Shown: positions 1 to 14,121 of the stretch, one piece after another
Position numbering within the stretch: position 1 is the first letter of the stretch
Layout: each line of letters opens with the position of its first letter
The notes under the pieces: generated by a model
What the model was told of the DNA's origin: nothing
Seen by the model: only the letters and a program-made list of their open reading frames with translations
The model's database searches: none
Translations under genes and position numbers: made by a program
Source of the DNA: Orbicella franksi
Taxonomy: Eukaryota
Assembly: GCA_964199315.1 (NCBI GenBank)
Contig: OZ116706.1
Location: 13,826,001 to 13,890,000, forward strand
Length of the DNA: 64,000 nt
Direction of reading: 5' to 3'

Positions 1-416
1 TTACAAAACTTACCCAAGCAAAAGTTACCGATCCTATTTAACAACTTAGAACCTACTGGAGGTTTTTGGCAAAATAACAGTAATCTGACAAGATGTAAAT
101 TTTGGTACGTATTTTTTTAATATCTTTTTTTTTTTTTTGCAGTACGTAAGCTAAATCTTTTACATCTGTTTGTAAAATAGTAATTAAAAGCAAAAGATTA
201 GAGTTTATTGAAGCAGTTCGCCATTTTTCTCCTTAGCACCAAGCCACGTGTAATAAGAGGGGAACGGGGTGGAGATTGAATGAAAGAATGATTGAATGAA
301 TGTAGTTACCTCGGTCGTATAGCTATTGAGATCACAATATAAACACTGCTGATTCCAACTACAACGCTAACTGATCAATGCCCACATGCCTGTTTACCAG
401 GAATGATCTTTCCTAG
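1..416 (+). CDS. Probable 3' end of an unidentified gene (exons 1-104 and 401-416); C-terminus ...TRCKFWNDLS* weakly resembles type-B carboxylesterase C-termini
   Basis: Only frame 1 is open across 1-104 (LQNLPKQKLPILFNNLEPTGGFWQNNSNLTRCKF). GTACGT donor at 105, CTAAC branch-like motif near 367, TTTACCAG acceptor ending at 400. The phase-2 join gives W-N-D-L-S-stop (TAG 414-416), followed by AATAAA at 454-459. Family assignment rests only on the CxFWN motif. Confidence 0.4.
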
Positions 417-1264
417 TGTATTTATGGTCACAGATTTCTTTTTCCAGAAGATTAATAAAGGTTACTTACTTACTTTTACTTACTTTAAGATGAAAGTTAT
501 GGCAAATCACACATAATTACAAGCGTTATTTGACTTATTTGACCAAAACCTGCATGTTAACAAATACACAAACTATTTAGGCAAGGTCAACTTTTTTGGC
601 CAGGCGGTAAGCTCGCGTGTTCTCTTAACTGATGGTAAAGTACAGAATCTCTTCATCATATTGCTGTACTTGTAGTACGTCCCATTGCTCGCATGAGCCA
701 TCTTTGTGTTGCTAGGCAACTCAGCTATCATGCAGTGATGTCTCGTTGCAGTCGGCGCCTTATTGTTGGTACGTGGAAACCGGCTTTGTCTATTTACCGT
801 ATAAATTCACTCATTTGTGCCATTTTGCTTCAGCTGATGTTGTCTTGCCACAAAATATCGACCTTACTCAAGATAGTTGCCATGTTTGTTTCCAGATTAG
901 AATACAAATTAGGCACGTGCCACCTGAGGGGGTAAATAAATTATAACCTACAAATTTGAACTGGTTAATTTTTTTTCAATTATTTCTGATAAATTTCACA
1001 GAGCCATGCTGTACTCTTAGCGCTACAATATAAAATCTTGTGTATTTTACAATGCATTTCTCTAAAGCAGATGACTTGCCTGCTTGCGTATATAACAGGT
1101 TAAGATATCTTTTTTTATGTACCATGCCGTGGAAAATACAGCCAATCAGAATGCAGGAAATCCGTTTTATACCCCTATAGTATTACACCCAACTTTCTCA
1201 TCGTGTTTTGCATTGATTGTGAGAGTCGATGTATTAAATAGTTATGCAACAGTCTCTCGTGGTA

Positions 1265-1735
1265 TACCATGGATCATTTTTTTTCTCCGGCTTCTCAGCG
1301 GTCCGGAATCCTAAATCCTTGAATCTGATTGGATAATCGCGCGCTGCAGTGGTCCGGATTTTCACATCCGGACCCTGAGTACAGACCACTCCGAAATTTC
1401 CAACTTTGGCAACTTTTCAAGCTTTTTGTTACAGCGTAAAACAAAATACAATGTAAACATTCGTCACAGAGTCAAACAATTAAAGATTCCGATAACAAAT
1501 CCTGCAAACAGGATCGCTTTTTGTACCCGAAATGTCAAACGCACGCGTATGCCAGGTTTGAACCGAACGGCTTTAATTAACATTAAAATTCAACACAAAC
1601 GTTGCTTTCAAAGCAATACCGTAGAGAAAAATATAAACATGTTATCTGAGTTTGAGTACGGCCTCGGCCTCAGGCCTCGGGCACTGTTTTCCCCATACGA
1701 ACCTCCCGGCTGGCAAATAACATATATGTATTTAA
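1265..1735. mobile_element. Non-autonomous dispersed repeat (GGCCTCGGGCA...ACCTCCC-GC-GGCAAATAACATATA terminal motif family)
   Basis: The terminal motif at about 1660-1735 recurs at about 41770-41860 and 59705-59800. No coding capacity. Boundaries are approximate. Confidence 0.55.
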
Positions 1736-1736
1736 C

Positions 1737-2232
1737 CTTATCATATGGCTGTGTCTCACAAGGACTGGGAACTACCGAATTCACGAATTTGATTGGCTGA
1801 AATCGATATTGACCGCGGTCTAGATTTTCCCATCTAGACCGACATCTGTAGACCGGTTTCATTTTGCGTTGAAAAAGTAGCAAACTAAGATACAAAAATG
1901 TTCGCCATTTTCTTTTATTTTCTTCTCAATCATTTATGGAAGTGCCAAAAAGCCTGATGACAAGAAAAGAAGTAAAGAGGACGAGGAAATTTCGGCAGGT
2001 TTAAGTTAAGCTCATCGCCGTTCGCAGGCAAAATGTCAGCAAACCAGTTACATTAAACGAATTAAAGTTTTCTTCTTTGCCATATCATAAACATCTTATT
2101 AACCGAGCTAAGTCGGTCTGTATAGGAGAATCTTGACCTCGGTCGTGTTTACAGACCTCACTGCGTTCGCTCTGTACTCATGACCTCGGTCAAGATTCTC
2201 CCATACAGACCTCCTGCTCGGTTAATGAGAGC
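1737..2232. mobile_element. Non-autonomous repeat ending in a long hairpin
   Basis: Inverted arms TTAACCGAGC (2099-2108) + GGTCTGTATAGGAGAATCTTGACC (2115-2138) pair with GGTCAAGATTCTCCCATACAGACC (2188-2211) + GCTCGGTTAA (2216-2225). GACCTCGGTC is directly repeated inside. Confidence 0.6.
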
Positions 2233-5200
2233 AAAATAATAATAAAATCATTCCTGCATATTTGCTCTCAAAATCCCCCGCCATATTGGCATATATATAT
2301 ACTTCATAGTTGGGACAAGCTGAAGTTTCCGAGAAATGTATTCTTTCCAGTGTTTGCCCCCTGGCAGATCGCAGGGCTAATTTGCATTGCAACTTGTAGG
2401 GGAATATTTGTTAACAATATTTGCCTCATTGGCGTAAGTGATTCAGTTTCTTATCAAGTTACAAACATATTAGTTTTGAATGTTAAAAGTGCATAGTGTG
2501 ATTAACTGTCACAAGTAATGTGAGCCGGATTTATTGAATACTTCCTGTGAGAAGCGGGTTTCAAAATTTTACAAAGAATGTAACAGCTCATTAGCGCTTT
2601 TGCCACCCAGAAATTTTGCAGTTTCTGAAAGCCAATTGTTCCTTGAGTATTACACCCAAAGAGCCAAGCATTTTAACAATTACTAAGTTTCACAAGGTCT
2701 TTAAATGTTTGGAGTCAAACCTATCTAGTTAGATGCCTTCTCTGCCCAAAGTCGTTTGCTTGAAAATGTAATCAATGACGTCAGCTACGGTCGTTCTGTA
2801 ATCTTCCAGTGCGTACCTTTAATCAGAGTTGCTTTCACCTTGATGTAACGTCCTTTGTTATTAGTGAGAGCACTGAATGTCGGATTAGAGGCTTGAGGGA
2901 GACTGGAACCGGGTATAACGCTTATCTGTTTTAAAACGTCATCTATGATGATTCACGATCACTTTTTGCGGAGATAATTTCCGCAGCAATTTTTTAAGTA
3001 AAATATTAAGAAAAATACTCGTTTATTAAGATTTTGAAGCAACAACATTTAATGAGGGAGATGAGATGGCTGAAATAAATGTAAATGTAGTCCGTATTTT
3101 ATTGCGAAACATCATATCATCATTTGCCCGACAAATAAACAAAAATCAACGCGTTTTCGAAAAAAGCGATGTTATAAGCACCCACGATAGTGTGTTATTG
3201 TATTTTGCAGACTTATGTAACAGATGATAGACGACAATGAAAATACTCCATCGAAATATTTTTGCTTTTAACCTAAATTGTCAAAACGAAAGAAGTAATG
3301 GCATCCGATTCCAACGAAATGACCGAGGCACACTTTCGCATAAGATACCAATCTGATACGTGGCGAACAAATTGTGCGTCAAAACAAAAAGTGGTCCTCG
3401 TTGAAAGGCGAAATTGCGGCAGTATATGCTGGTTTGCTTATCTTCGGAAACAATTTATTATAAATTAAAACCGAAAGGAGAATAAAGCCATTAATGCCCC
3501 GCTCCAATAGACGTGTAAATTGACGCTTTCACGTTGAAGCTCATTCGACAGTCGTTGCTTCCCACGCGTTAAGAAAGAAATCCTTTTTTTTTCATTTGTA
3601 ATTTTGTCTAGAAACCGCACAAAACCGATATAAAAATAATTTTCAGTTAAGTACTTTATATATGACATTTTTACGAAGCATAACACGTTTTCCCACTGGA
3701 AATCATTTTGCCGCGCACGATTCTATAGCTAGAAAGGGGAACTGAAGCGTTTGCGGTTCGTGCGAAAATAGATAAGACAAGAAAATTAAACTAAATTACG
3801 ATGATAAATATGTTACGTAAGTCTTACGGGTAAAAAGGTAAATGAAATAAAAAGATTAAATTCAAAAACAGTACGTCGTTAGATTCCCAGTCGACGCAAT
3901 TTATTTCGTTAGTTTTCAAGATTTTTAATCCAGTTAAGCCCTCTGGTGGAGCAGATTTTGTATATGGAATAACACTCAAACTTTTCTATAAATTTGCATA
4001 CGACGGAGAGAAGCCGACGAAAGCCCTGTTTTTAAAGGGTTTTTAGCATGAATGCCGATTTCAATGACGATTTTGAATCTTTAAATACACACATGGAGGT
4101 TCACGGATGTGTGATTCGGAAATTTTAACCTGATTTGAAATCTGATTTCGGGTCTTTTTGTCCACTTTAATCAAATCTATGTTCGTCAACTCGTTTTCGT
4201 TCAAACTTTGCCCTGAAAAATGAACGATTATGTTGTATGTGCCCTACGATATACTATAATCTAGCTGGCTTGAAAATAATTTAAGTATTTTTAAATTTTT
4301 GACCAGTAATCACGACTATTGTACGTAACCGAAATATGAATTCCTTGCCTAATAAAATTTCATAAAATATTAACGAAATTTGGTTTAAAAATGAACTAAA
4401 GAGTTTGTTGTAATTTCCGTTCAATTTTGGAAACCATTTGCGCAATGAATATGTCTTTTTATTTTCCAATAGAGTTTCGTGCGAGTCATAAAATTCTCCA
4501 TCCAGCAGCCGATGATAACCTTTTGTCAATGCGCTTATTTATTCAAAGTAAAACATCAATAGAATTTAGTAATTGCATGCTAATGACAACTCTTATCTAC
4601 CTTAGCTTGATGAGGCATCGGGCATAATTTATTCTAAGTATTTATCAATTTGGCATAAAAGCAGGTCGGATTAAGACCTTGCAGTACTTGTGTATCACAC
4701 CTGAGGTGGTCGGAATATTATACCAGGCAGCTTTTTCGCAGAAAAAAACTTCAAGGATACAGCTGGCAATAAGGTATGTTTTCGATTTTTAAGTTACTGG
4801 ACTGATATCTACAGTATCCAAAATTTAGGGCATACATTTTTCGGTCACGATTAGTCCGAGAAGTGGAACTCTACTCCAAAGAGCGCACATGTTATTTCAA
4901 GTTGTCCGAGACTTATCCGTGCTATTTTTGTTTCGTGCGCAAGGACCAGTTTGAAGCCGTGTCTTCACGTTTGAGTGGTCCTTATTTTTCACAACGAAAT
5001 ACAGTGCTTCTTCAATGTTAGGCGAAGGCTAAAAGAAAGACTCGGAGAAATAGATAAATAAATAAGTAAGTTCTTTAACTGATTTGCCTTGATCAGCGAG
5101 CTAAATGCGAAACAAATAGTGGAATTGCTAGAAGATAATGAACCGGCCGTGATTCTTTTCCTCTCCATATGTCGCCTCAACAGATCTTCTCATTGACGAA

Positions 5201-7100
5201 GGAAATGTATTTTTCGCTGTCACTTCTAATTAAGGGAAAATGTGCTCACTTACGAAGCTTGCGGTGGTCAGATTAGCCGTATGATAACTTTGATAAGTTT
5301 AAGACTTCTCGCACGATGTATCAAGTAACCCCTACCGAAATTCAGGAAATGAGAAATTTCAAAAAAATTAAAACTAGGTTGGCTTTGTTTTGTACTTGTT
5401 GACAAAACGCTTCGGGCTATTCAATTTCGCTTCTATTTTCACCCTAAACAAGACTGGCGAAAGTACTAATTTATTCATAACTGACTGAAAGTTTGAAGTG
5501 TGTTTCAAGAGAACATGTCATTGTTATTGTTTATTGCACTCCAAGGCGAAAAAACTTGGAATATTACATCGCATGGTGAATTCAAAACTCATATTTTCTG
5601 AGAAATTGATTTTCTATATTGTGATTTTACAAGGCGAAAATTCACCGAGTTATGATTTCATTTCCGTCGTAATCGAGTCATAATCATGTGCGAGACCCAT
5701 TCAGCCCTTCATCAAGAAATTTAGAGTTTTGAAATAGACTTATTTCACCTCCTTTCATGAATATTAGAATATAACTTGCGGGATACGCTCATTGCGGCAA
5801 TATGAAAATCTCTCTTTGCTTTTCTGTAACAAAATTACCGGAAAAAACAGATCTATTGGGGTTTTCATTTAAGACAGGCTCTGTTGATAAATTATATTCT
5901 GGCATATGGAGATTTTTATTTATAATTTAATCTTAATCTTCGGATAAAAGTTGGAAGTACGTATTGAAGATCATTTTCTCGGCCTACTTGGTTATTGACC
6001 TAGGTAAATAACATGATCCACCAAAATACTGATAAAAGCACAGCGAAAAAAAAAAACTGTTATCAGTGATATTCTAGACGCCATACATTTAGTGTAGACC
6101 TCAAAAAAGTCGATAACGTGTTTTGCGGATTAAGGAGTATTTAGAGTCTGCACGGAATAAACTTAATTAAAGCATAAAACCTTCCGAGACTACAGGAGTG
6201 TTCGCTTTGGTTTATTTTACAAGATACGTAGAAGAGACAAGATCAATGTGTTTTTTTTATTTATTTATAGAGGTATGGGATAATAAATCGTAAGGCAAGG
6301 AAAGCGGACAAAAGTTCCCTTGACAGGTTGAAAACATCTTTCAAGTCAATTTACGTAATCTTTTATGTTTTGATAAAAATGCCAAGCCTGTTAAATGCAG
6401 ATAATTTTATGCATGCATTAAGCTGAATTTGTTATCCACCGACTTCCGAAATGTAAAGACAACTGCGATTCATTTGCAAATTCAGATGTAATTTTAACAA
6501 TTCTTCTATCAAAAAACATTACTTTATACTTCTCTTGTCTTAATTCTTTCATTATTTGCACAATTGCGTGCGCCCAAGAGGGCTAAAGAAAACGCGGATT
6601 TTATAAACCCACCCAAGCTCCTCCAATCGCCGCAAACCACCTGATCCCGCTAAATGCATTTAGTGAACGGATGCCAGGCATTGTCTTACAGTTTCATCTC
6701 GCACTTGGGTAATTCGGACATTGAGATCGATAAAGCTGAACGGTAGGTAAAACGGTTTTGAAGTCTGATATGAGGTGAATGCCAGTGATTGTATAAAACA
6801 CATCCACTTGAAATATTCAGGGTCATTTTTCATGTAAGAAATCTGCTAAGTCGTTAAGCCTGGAAACGTTGTATTACCTCCCATGCACATTATCAGACAT
6901 AGATAGATTTTCAGATTCATAGGCTTCTTCAATCCGAGACAATGAAAGATTGAATTGCAATAGAAAAGAAAGATTGATAGCAGTCTTTAACAGAATTCTA
7001 AGATGATTTTTAAGCTCAAAGTCTAAGACTGAAAGTGAAGGAATATGGCAACCATGAACGACATCATTTTTAAAAATAGATGAGTAACCAGGATAAGACA

Positions 7101-7709
7101 TTTGGAAAAATAGAAAAACGAACTCTGGTTAAAAATTTGCTAAAACGAGCTTTCGACTGCCAGTCTGTAGTCTTTAACGAGTAATAGATAGAAAGCGCGA
7201 ACGTTAAAGTATATACTGAGAAAAGTGTGAAAAAACAAAATTATAATAAGAAACAATAGCAATGCTTGTGTGCGAGTTAAAAAATGCTAATGAGAGGTTC
7301 AAAATAAAATTGAATATTGTCTTGGTAATTGTTTCGCATTATTGTCAGCATGGTTCGTAACTGCTGTGTGCCAGGATTCCAAAGTTTTTCTAACACGGAA
7401 ATTTCCCTTGTCAATCACGCGTGCATTGTCAAAGTCGATGGAATGGTCGTTCAACTAGGCATGTGAAGCAATGTTGGAACCTTTTTTAAAGGTTTTTGTG
7501 TTTCTAATATTCTCTTTCTTCCAACATTGCACACAAGCACACAAGCATTTCTATTGTTTCTTATTATAATTTTGTTTTTTCACACTTTTCTCAGTATATA
7601 ATTTAACGTTCGCGCTTTCTATCTATTACTCGTTAAAGACTACAGACTGGTAGTCGAAAGCTCGTTTTAACAAATTTTTAACCAGAGATCGTTTTTCTAT
7701 TTTTCCAAA
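7101..7709. mobile_element. Foldback/MITE-like element with about 173-bp inverted arms
   Basis: 7101-7273 is the near-perfect reverse complement of 7537-7709, with a spacer of about 263 bp. Confidence 0.8.
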
Positions 7710-10700
7710 CATTACTTTTGTTACTGTCAAAAATATAGAAGCACAAGCAAGTGGCAAATTTTTGTGAATTGTTGTTGTTGTTGTTGTTTTTTTAAAAAAA
7801 GGAAACAAACTTATTTCGTGAACAGAAATTTTCTATTTTCTAAAGGTCTCTCGAAATTTGCGACTCTATAGTGATCCCACCTAAAGCGCACCACCCTACG
7901 CCCTAATACACTAAAGCTTTTAATTCGGTAAAGTGGAAAAGAAAAAACCTCTTAAAACGTTTCATGAAAACGAAATCCAATTTTCAATTGGCGGCAAGAT
8001 AAAATAGAAACTCATAGCTCAGTCTTATCCAGACAAAAAAGAACTTTATTAAAAAGATATAAACGTATTTTCTCTCCGTTCTCTCAATCATTGCACCTTG
8101 ATTCGCATACTTTGGTTTCGTACTGCGACCTTAATTTGTATCCAGATTTCCCTCTACTTCCCTGGCCATGAAAAATAAGTACTTATTGATTATCCTTGTT
8201 ACTAAACAAGATTTTCTCGAAATAAAATGACCCCTAGAAGAAAAATCACTTATCTTTTTATTAACACAAACCTGCTAAGAGATCTCATGAAATTATTCAT
8301 GCGAGAATATCGATGACGCATTTGACTGGAGAGCACTTTATTGGTTTGGTGTTACTCTGATATTATATGTGACAAGGTGTGAATTCTCTCACAAGTTAAC
8401 AGACCTGAATTTCCTTGATTCACACCAATGGCGACGTGAAGCCAGTTACGACTTCCAGATTTGCTTACTTTTGCTGATTTACTTAAACACAGTCGTTACG
8501 TGTAAAAGATAGAACGTCTTTCTCTAGAGTCAGTGGCGTTGGATAATGTTGGCTCTTTTGAAAAACATTTGACCTGAATTTATCAATCGTAAAACAAGAT
8601 GGAGTACGAAATTGGAAGAACGTGAAGGAATCAGTAAAACTGCGGCTTTTGAAGACCACCTACGTGAGTAAAGAGTAAAAGAGTAAAATTTTGACACAGT
8701 TTGAAAGTTTGAAGTATTAAGATGAGTTTTATGAAGGAGTAGAGAAACAAACAAATGAGTGAAACAGTAATTTAGTAAGTACGCAAATAAATGAATGAAA
8801 TAAACAGACAAAAAATTAAAACTATATCGTCTAGCAACGATGTTGAAAGGTCCGCTACACCTCTCGTTTAAAACATGACTCTCGTAAGGCAGTGTGGTTT
8901 GTAGTTTTAATGGCATTTCCCAACAACACAGAGATCCCGCAAAAATACGGTACCTCACAGTGAAAGATGTTATAACCGATATCCTCCCAAAATTATAATG
9001 TAATACGCTTTAACCGCTTTCGTCTAAAAACCCACTGAACGATAATTAAAGTAAATTGTAATCGAAATTTATCTAGGACACTTCTTTTCACTATTACTTT
9101 CCCGTAGCCGACTGGTTTTAATTTAGATTTTAAAGTGTAGACACTGTAGAAATTCTCAAGGGAGATAAACTTTGTTTCTCGTTCTTCCTCATTCCCTTTA
9201 TCTGTCTCCACCCTATAAGGACTTCTTCAAATTTGACAAACAAACAGTAGATCAATTGCAATTTTCATTTCAAATTCGCTTTCTTAGCAAACTGAAAACA
9301 AGCAGTCGACCACAAGGAACAATCATTTATGATGTTACAGCTTTCAACACTTCAATATTGTGTGTTATTAGTTTTTTAATTGCGTTATTTTGAGTCTTAT
9401 ATGACCTATTGGAATCCAAAAAAATAATCTCCCTAGAGAAAATATGTCACCACGGCAAATTATCACTAATCAACAACCTGAAATCATCGAACAAAAATTC
9501 GTGCTAGAATGTCTTACTTCTTAGTAGAAAAATGTCTCCATTACTAACAATTTGTTAGTTTTGATGATGTATAATTGACCTGATCGACGCATGTGTCTTT
9601 TTTCTTTATTAACCGAAGAGGCATAGCGGTAATTGGGTCGTGGGAGTATCTTTAAGAATCTTTTAGAGTTTTAATCAAAGCAAGAGCATTCCTAATACAG
9701 AGTAAAACAATCCTTTTAGAGTATCGGATAATCCACTAACCAATTTTCCAGCTGTATTGACTTAAGATTTTAACACAGGAAAACTATATCAATTAACTTG
9801 GAAAGTAATGAAAAAGTGTGTTTATGAAGGCATACTCATGTAAAATCCAATTGAAAGAACCAGACAACAACCTTAATTTCCGTGATCTGGGATTACCATC
9901 AGAATAGGTAAAATATGGCAATGTAAACTATTCTATTGTGTTTGTTATCTACACAAGTTATTTGCCCGTCATAACTGAAAACAGCTTTTCTTTTTTTCGA
10001 GATTTTTTACAGGTAGTCTGAATTTTATTTGTTTACTGAGGTCTGTTGAATTAAGCCCGTTTGAGATTTAACATTTTCTTCAGTATAAATGGAGAAAAGA
10101 TAAATCTTTCATGTCATCATGACTTGAAATCAACTGAAAAAAAGCGCGTGCCTAAAGTAAGTACAACTTTTTTTTGGTTTAAAACTGAGTAGCTACTCTC
10201 AAAGTTGGTTGTTTGAGTCGAGCATTTAAAAACACAAACACTGGGGTATGGATTCGCTTTCCCCAAGTTCTTTTGAAATGAAGGTTTTAGAACTAAAAAC
10301 TTGCAAACTACTAGCAATTGTTATCGTTGAGTCGACGAAGGAAATGAAGCGAGAATGAACGAGATACCAAACTTCACGTCCAAGACTTGACATTGGAAGA
10401 CATTATATTTCTGTAATACCTAGACCCATAAGCAATCTTTTGGGACGGGGAGGTATCATGCAACTATTTTCAAAGGGGCAATTTTTTGGCTACTGGAATT
10501 CTGAGGAGTTCGGGGTCAGGTGGGGAGAGAAGGATGTTGGTAATGATTACGAGAGAAATGCAATAGCTGATGATTAGAAGATTACGTTGGTCCGACATGA
10601 AATGGTGTATATAAATTCCGCAGCACTGAGATTTTAGACAATTTAAGTGAAATATTTCTGGAGAAAAATCGCAGCTGAATACGCAAAACTATGCGTAGGG

Positions 10701-13700
10701 TTTTATGAAACAGGTCTTGTGATAACACAGGGTTTTGTTATGCCTAGTCACTGTTTTGCCGAACTGTTGCCAAAAATCTGTATAATCCGTGAAGATGGTC
10801 GTCAAAGAAGGAAAAATGCTCGAATATCTGAAAAAGTGTCTTATATTGAGCCGGAAACGAAACCAATCGAAGGAACTTAGTGGTGTTATTCGACCCATTA
10901 CGTATACTTGCGTGAAAAGAAATAAAGAGGACGGTCTAAAGGAAAATACTAACGATTAAATGTGATAAAAAAGGTAAAACGTGACTTGCTAAACAAAAAG
11001 CAGTAAAAGAGGAAGATCCACAATCTCTAGGGGCTTCATGAAAAAACTTCAGCATTCCTTCAACCTCTGTGGACGAAAGGTGTTGAAACGAGTTGAAACG
11101 TGTGAGCACGTAAGATTCTGTTAAAGTTCCAGAAAAAAACGTCGTCAAAAAATGTCTTATAATCTGGATAGAGAGAAAAAAAAATGTCATGAGAGGGTAT
11201 TTCATCGGAAAAGGGTATTATATGTAATGTTATATCAGAGTTCACTGCTTGCCAGTGCCCTTTTAGCATGCGATGTAAAGCGTTGAAATCTTGCAATACA
11301 TTTTCGTCATCTTTCGAGACTTTTCTTGTTGATAGATTGGTCACAATAGGTCAGAATGTGAGAACATGTTCGTGATAACTTGTTTCCACAAATTAAATGA
11401 CAATAGCAGTCTTGGCACGTTCCAGTCGTCAACTTAGGGAAATCTCAATGTAAGTACATGCTAACTAACATTTTTGCGTGTGGTTGAGGAGATACATAAG
11501 CTATAGTTCACGCAGAGGGTTTATATAATATCACAATCAAATAGTACGGGGAAAATTAAGATAAAATCACAATCAAATGTTACGGGAAAAAGAAATCGAT
11601 TTGGTAAGATAAGACCGATGACTAGAAACATTTCTGCGTAAAATTCTTCAACATTCGCTGTTATTTTACAACTCTTGGGTTGGGTCATTTTTAGAGTAAA
11701 TGTTTCGGACGAGGTCGAAGTTTAACTTTGGGAATGTTTATTCTACTATTTCCTTTGTAAAATTTCAGTCGTTGTTCTTCAGTCCTAGGGGCTTTGGCGA
11801 AATGGCTGCTATCAACCTACTACACTTAATATTTACGAGTGGGGTTTCGGTTTGGTGAATATACTTAGCAGTAGAATTTGAGAGACATTTTGGTGGTAGG
11901 ATAAAGTTGATTTTGGCGGTATCTCGAAACCTTATCAATTTGAAGTATTTTAAGAAGGACTTTTTAGCTATTTTGGTGTAAGTTAAAACAGATTTTTTTG
12001 TCGTTTCTTCGTATCTCCGTTTATCAGGAAGTTTGAATTCCGTTATAGGGACGCCAGCAAGTTTGCAATTAGCACAGTGATTCTTGTTGATTGTGTTGTC
12101 ACTCGACATCGGACCGATACGAATCGAAGATAAACGAGCACCAATTGTTGGCATCAATTGTTGGAGAATAAGTGGACTCGGGGTTGGCAAACAACAATTC
12201 CAAGTACAGTTTGTAAAGGAAATAAGTCGGCAAAATGTTATTTCAGATTAGGCTAGGGAAGAAAATGTCATCTGCCATTGTAACGCTTGGAAAGTAGACG
12301 TCATGCCAAAGAAAAAGGGTTATTAAGAAGATATGATTGACCATCGCAGTTATGCACACAACTTAGGCAGTTGTGAAATTAAAGCCTAAAAAGAGTTATT
12401 AACCAACAAAGATTAATCAATAATCCGATTACCACGATTTGACAGTTTTTATATCGTTTCGGAATTATTTTACATGTGTCGACTATGTATAAAAAGACCT
12501 GATGTCTTGTTCTTCTCGATAAGAGATTAGTAAATCTATTGCTACTGAAACCCGCGCTATGATATGGACTTAATTTTAGCGTAGGGCTATTTTTGATTCA
12601 GATTTAACACAGCCTTTTCTCAATGCCTAACACCTTTGTTTTATAGGTCGGGAAATGACTGAAGTAATTAATTGCTTGTGGGATCCCCGTCTAGGATTGC
12701 ACCAAAAACATATTTTTTGGGTTGTAATTTTTCGCTGCTTAAACAGATAATTGTTCTAAGTTGTTATCAGAGGGCTGAAAAGTATTATTCCGTCGGAAAC
12801 TTTTTCGGAGGGTATTAAAGATAATCGTACAGCTTTCAACTCCGGGATCAATGTGGCGAACAACTTTGCTACATGAGGAGATGAGGGTATCACCTAAACC
12901 CAATGCATCCAGTGCTGATTGTCTCACTGTTCTGGGTTTGCTAAAATTGAAGCATTTTCTTCCTTTGCAAGGCAGGGTATGCAGAAAATGCAGTGATTCC
13001 TGAATTGCTGTTGTTGTTGTTGCTGCGGTCAAAATTGATTTTTTTCCCCCCCGCTACTTTCAACATCTTGTCCAAAAATAGCCTTTGGTGGTACCGTGGG
13101 CGCTTTAGTGACGCCACTGACGTTATTGAATGCGTGAAACTACTGACCGTAGAATTGACCTCAGAGGGAAACACGTCGGGAATTTTACAACGACAAAATG
13201 GCCGAGAGGTGGCCAAGAGCCACGGCTGTTTGCTGTGAAAAACTGATGAGAAGTAAATCCAATGTGGTGCTGTTTATTACATTGTACAAGTCGATGGATA
13301 AATGCCGCTAGGGGGTACCTCCTCTAATTGACTACACGGGGAGGCTGCACCCGGGTACCTTTTTCAGGCTGGAGGTGTGGTAAAAGAGAAGGGATAAGCG
13401 CTTTCACAAGAGGAAGGGAAAACTGTTATTTAAGACCTTTCCAAATGTCCAACAGACGCACTCAACAGCTGATTCATCAAGGGTTCAACCGATGCAATAG
13501 TATAGAAAAGGGACATAGTGTGACTTCTTTAGTTATGGGAAATTAGTACCTCTTTGTATTGAAGGTACACGAAAGGGTTACCTTTCATACTAAGATGGTA
13601 CACGAACAGTAAAGGATTAGATCTTTTGGACCTCAGGTCGAAGACTCCCCTTACGTAACGTGGCTGAGTTGTCCCAGGAATAACACTCTAGTATGCGACC

Positions 13701-13961
13701 ATTCAGAAGATTGCTAACGAGTCACTTTACTTTCACATGGTATGGTTTTCATGCTGTACAAGTTGCTTCCAAGCTTACTTTTGAGTAAGTGGAAGAAACC
13801 CAAGAATGCGATCATTCATCATTGTTCATCTGGTGCTCATTGCTTTTTTTGTAAATTCTGTGCAATGAAGTTTGGGAGCATTTCAATTTCGAAGTTGAAG
13901 AGTCTTGGTCTAAGTCCTAGTATGCGTCAAGGAAGTCTGGAACCAAAAACGAAAATATCAG

Positions 13962-14121
13962 AATAGACCAATTTCGATATATTAAAATTCAGCCTAAAAC
14001 ATTACGTCTAAGCACGAGGCTCCGGGGAATAACTACAGAATTTGTGGGGCTTATTCCCCGGAGCCTCGCGCTGAGGTCTATTGTTTTAGGCTGAATTTTA
14101 ATATATCGAAATTGGGCTATT
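13962..14121. mobile_element. 160-bp hairpin MITE (AATAGACC...GGCTATT termini)
   Basis: AATAGACCAATTTCGATATATTAAAATTCAGCCTAAAACA pairs with TGTTTTAGGCTGAATTTTAATATATCGAAATTGGGCTATT. Inner arms GAGGCTCCGGGGAATAA / TTATTCCCCGGAGCCTC. Confidence 0.85.

Noticed and set aside
8529-8670. Exon-like segment with AG...GTGAGT boundaries
   Set aside because: All three frames contain stops and no partner exons were found. At most it is a UTR or non-coding exon.
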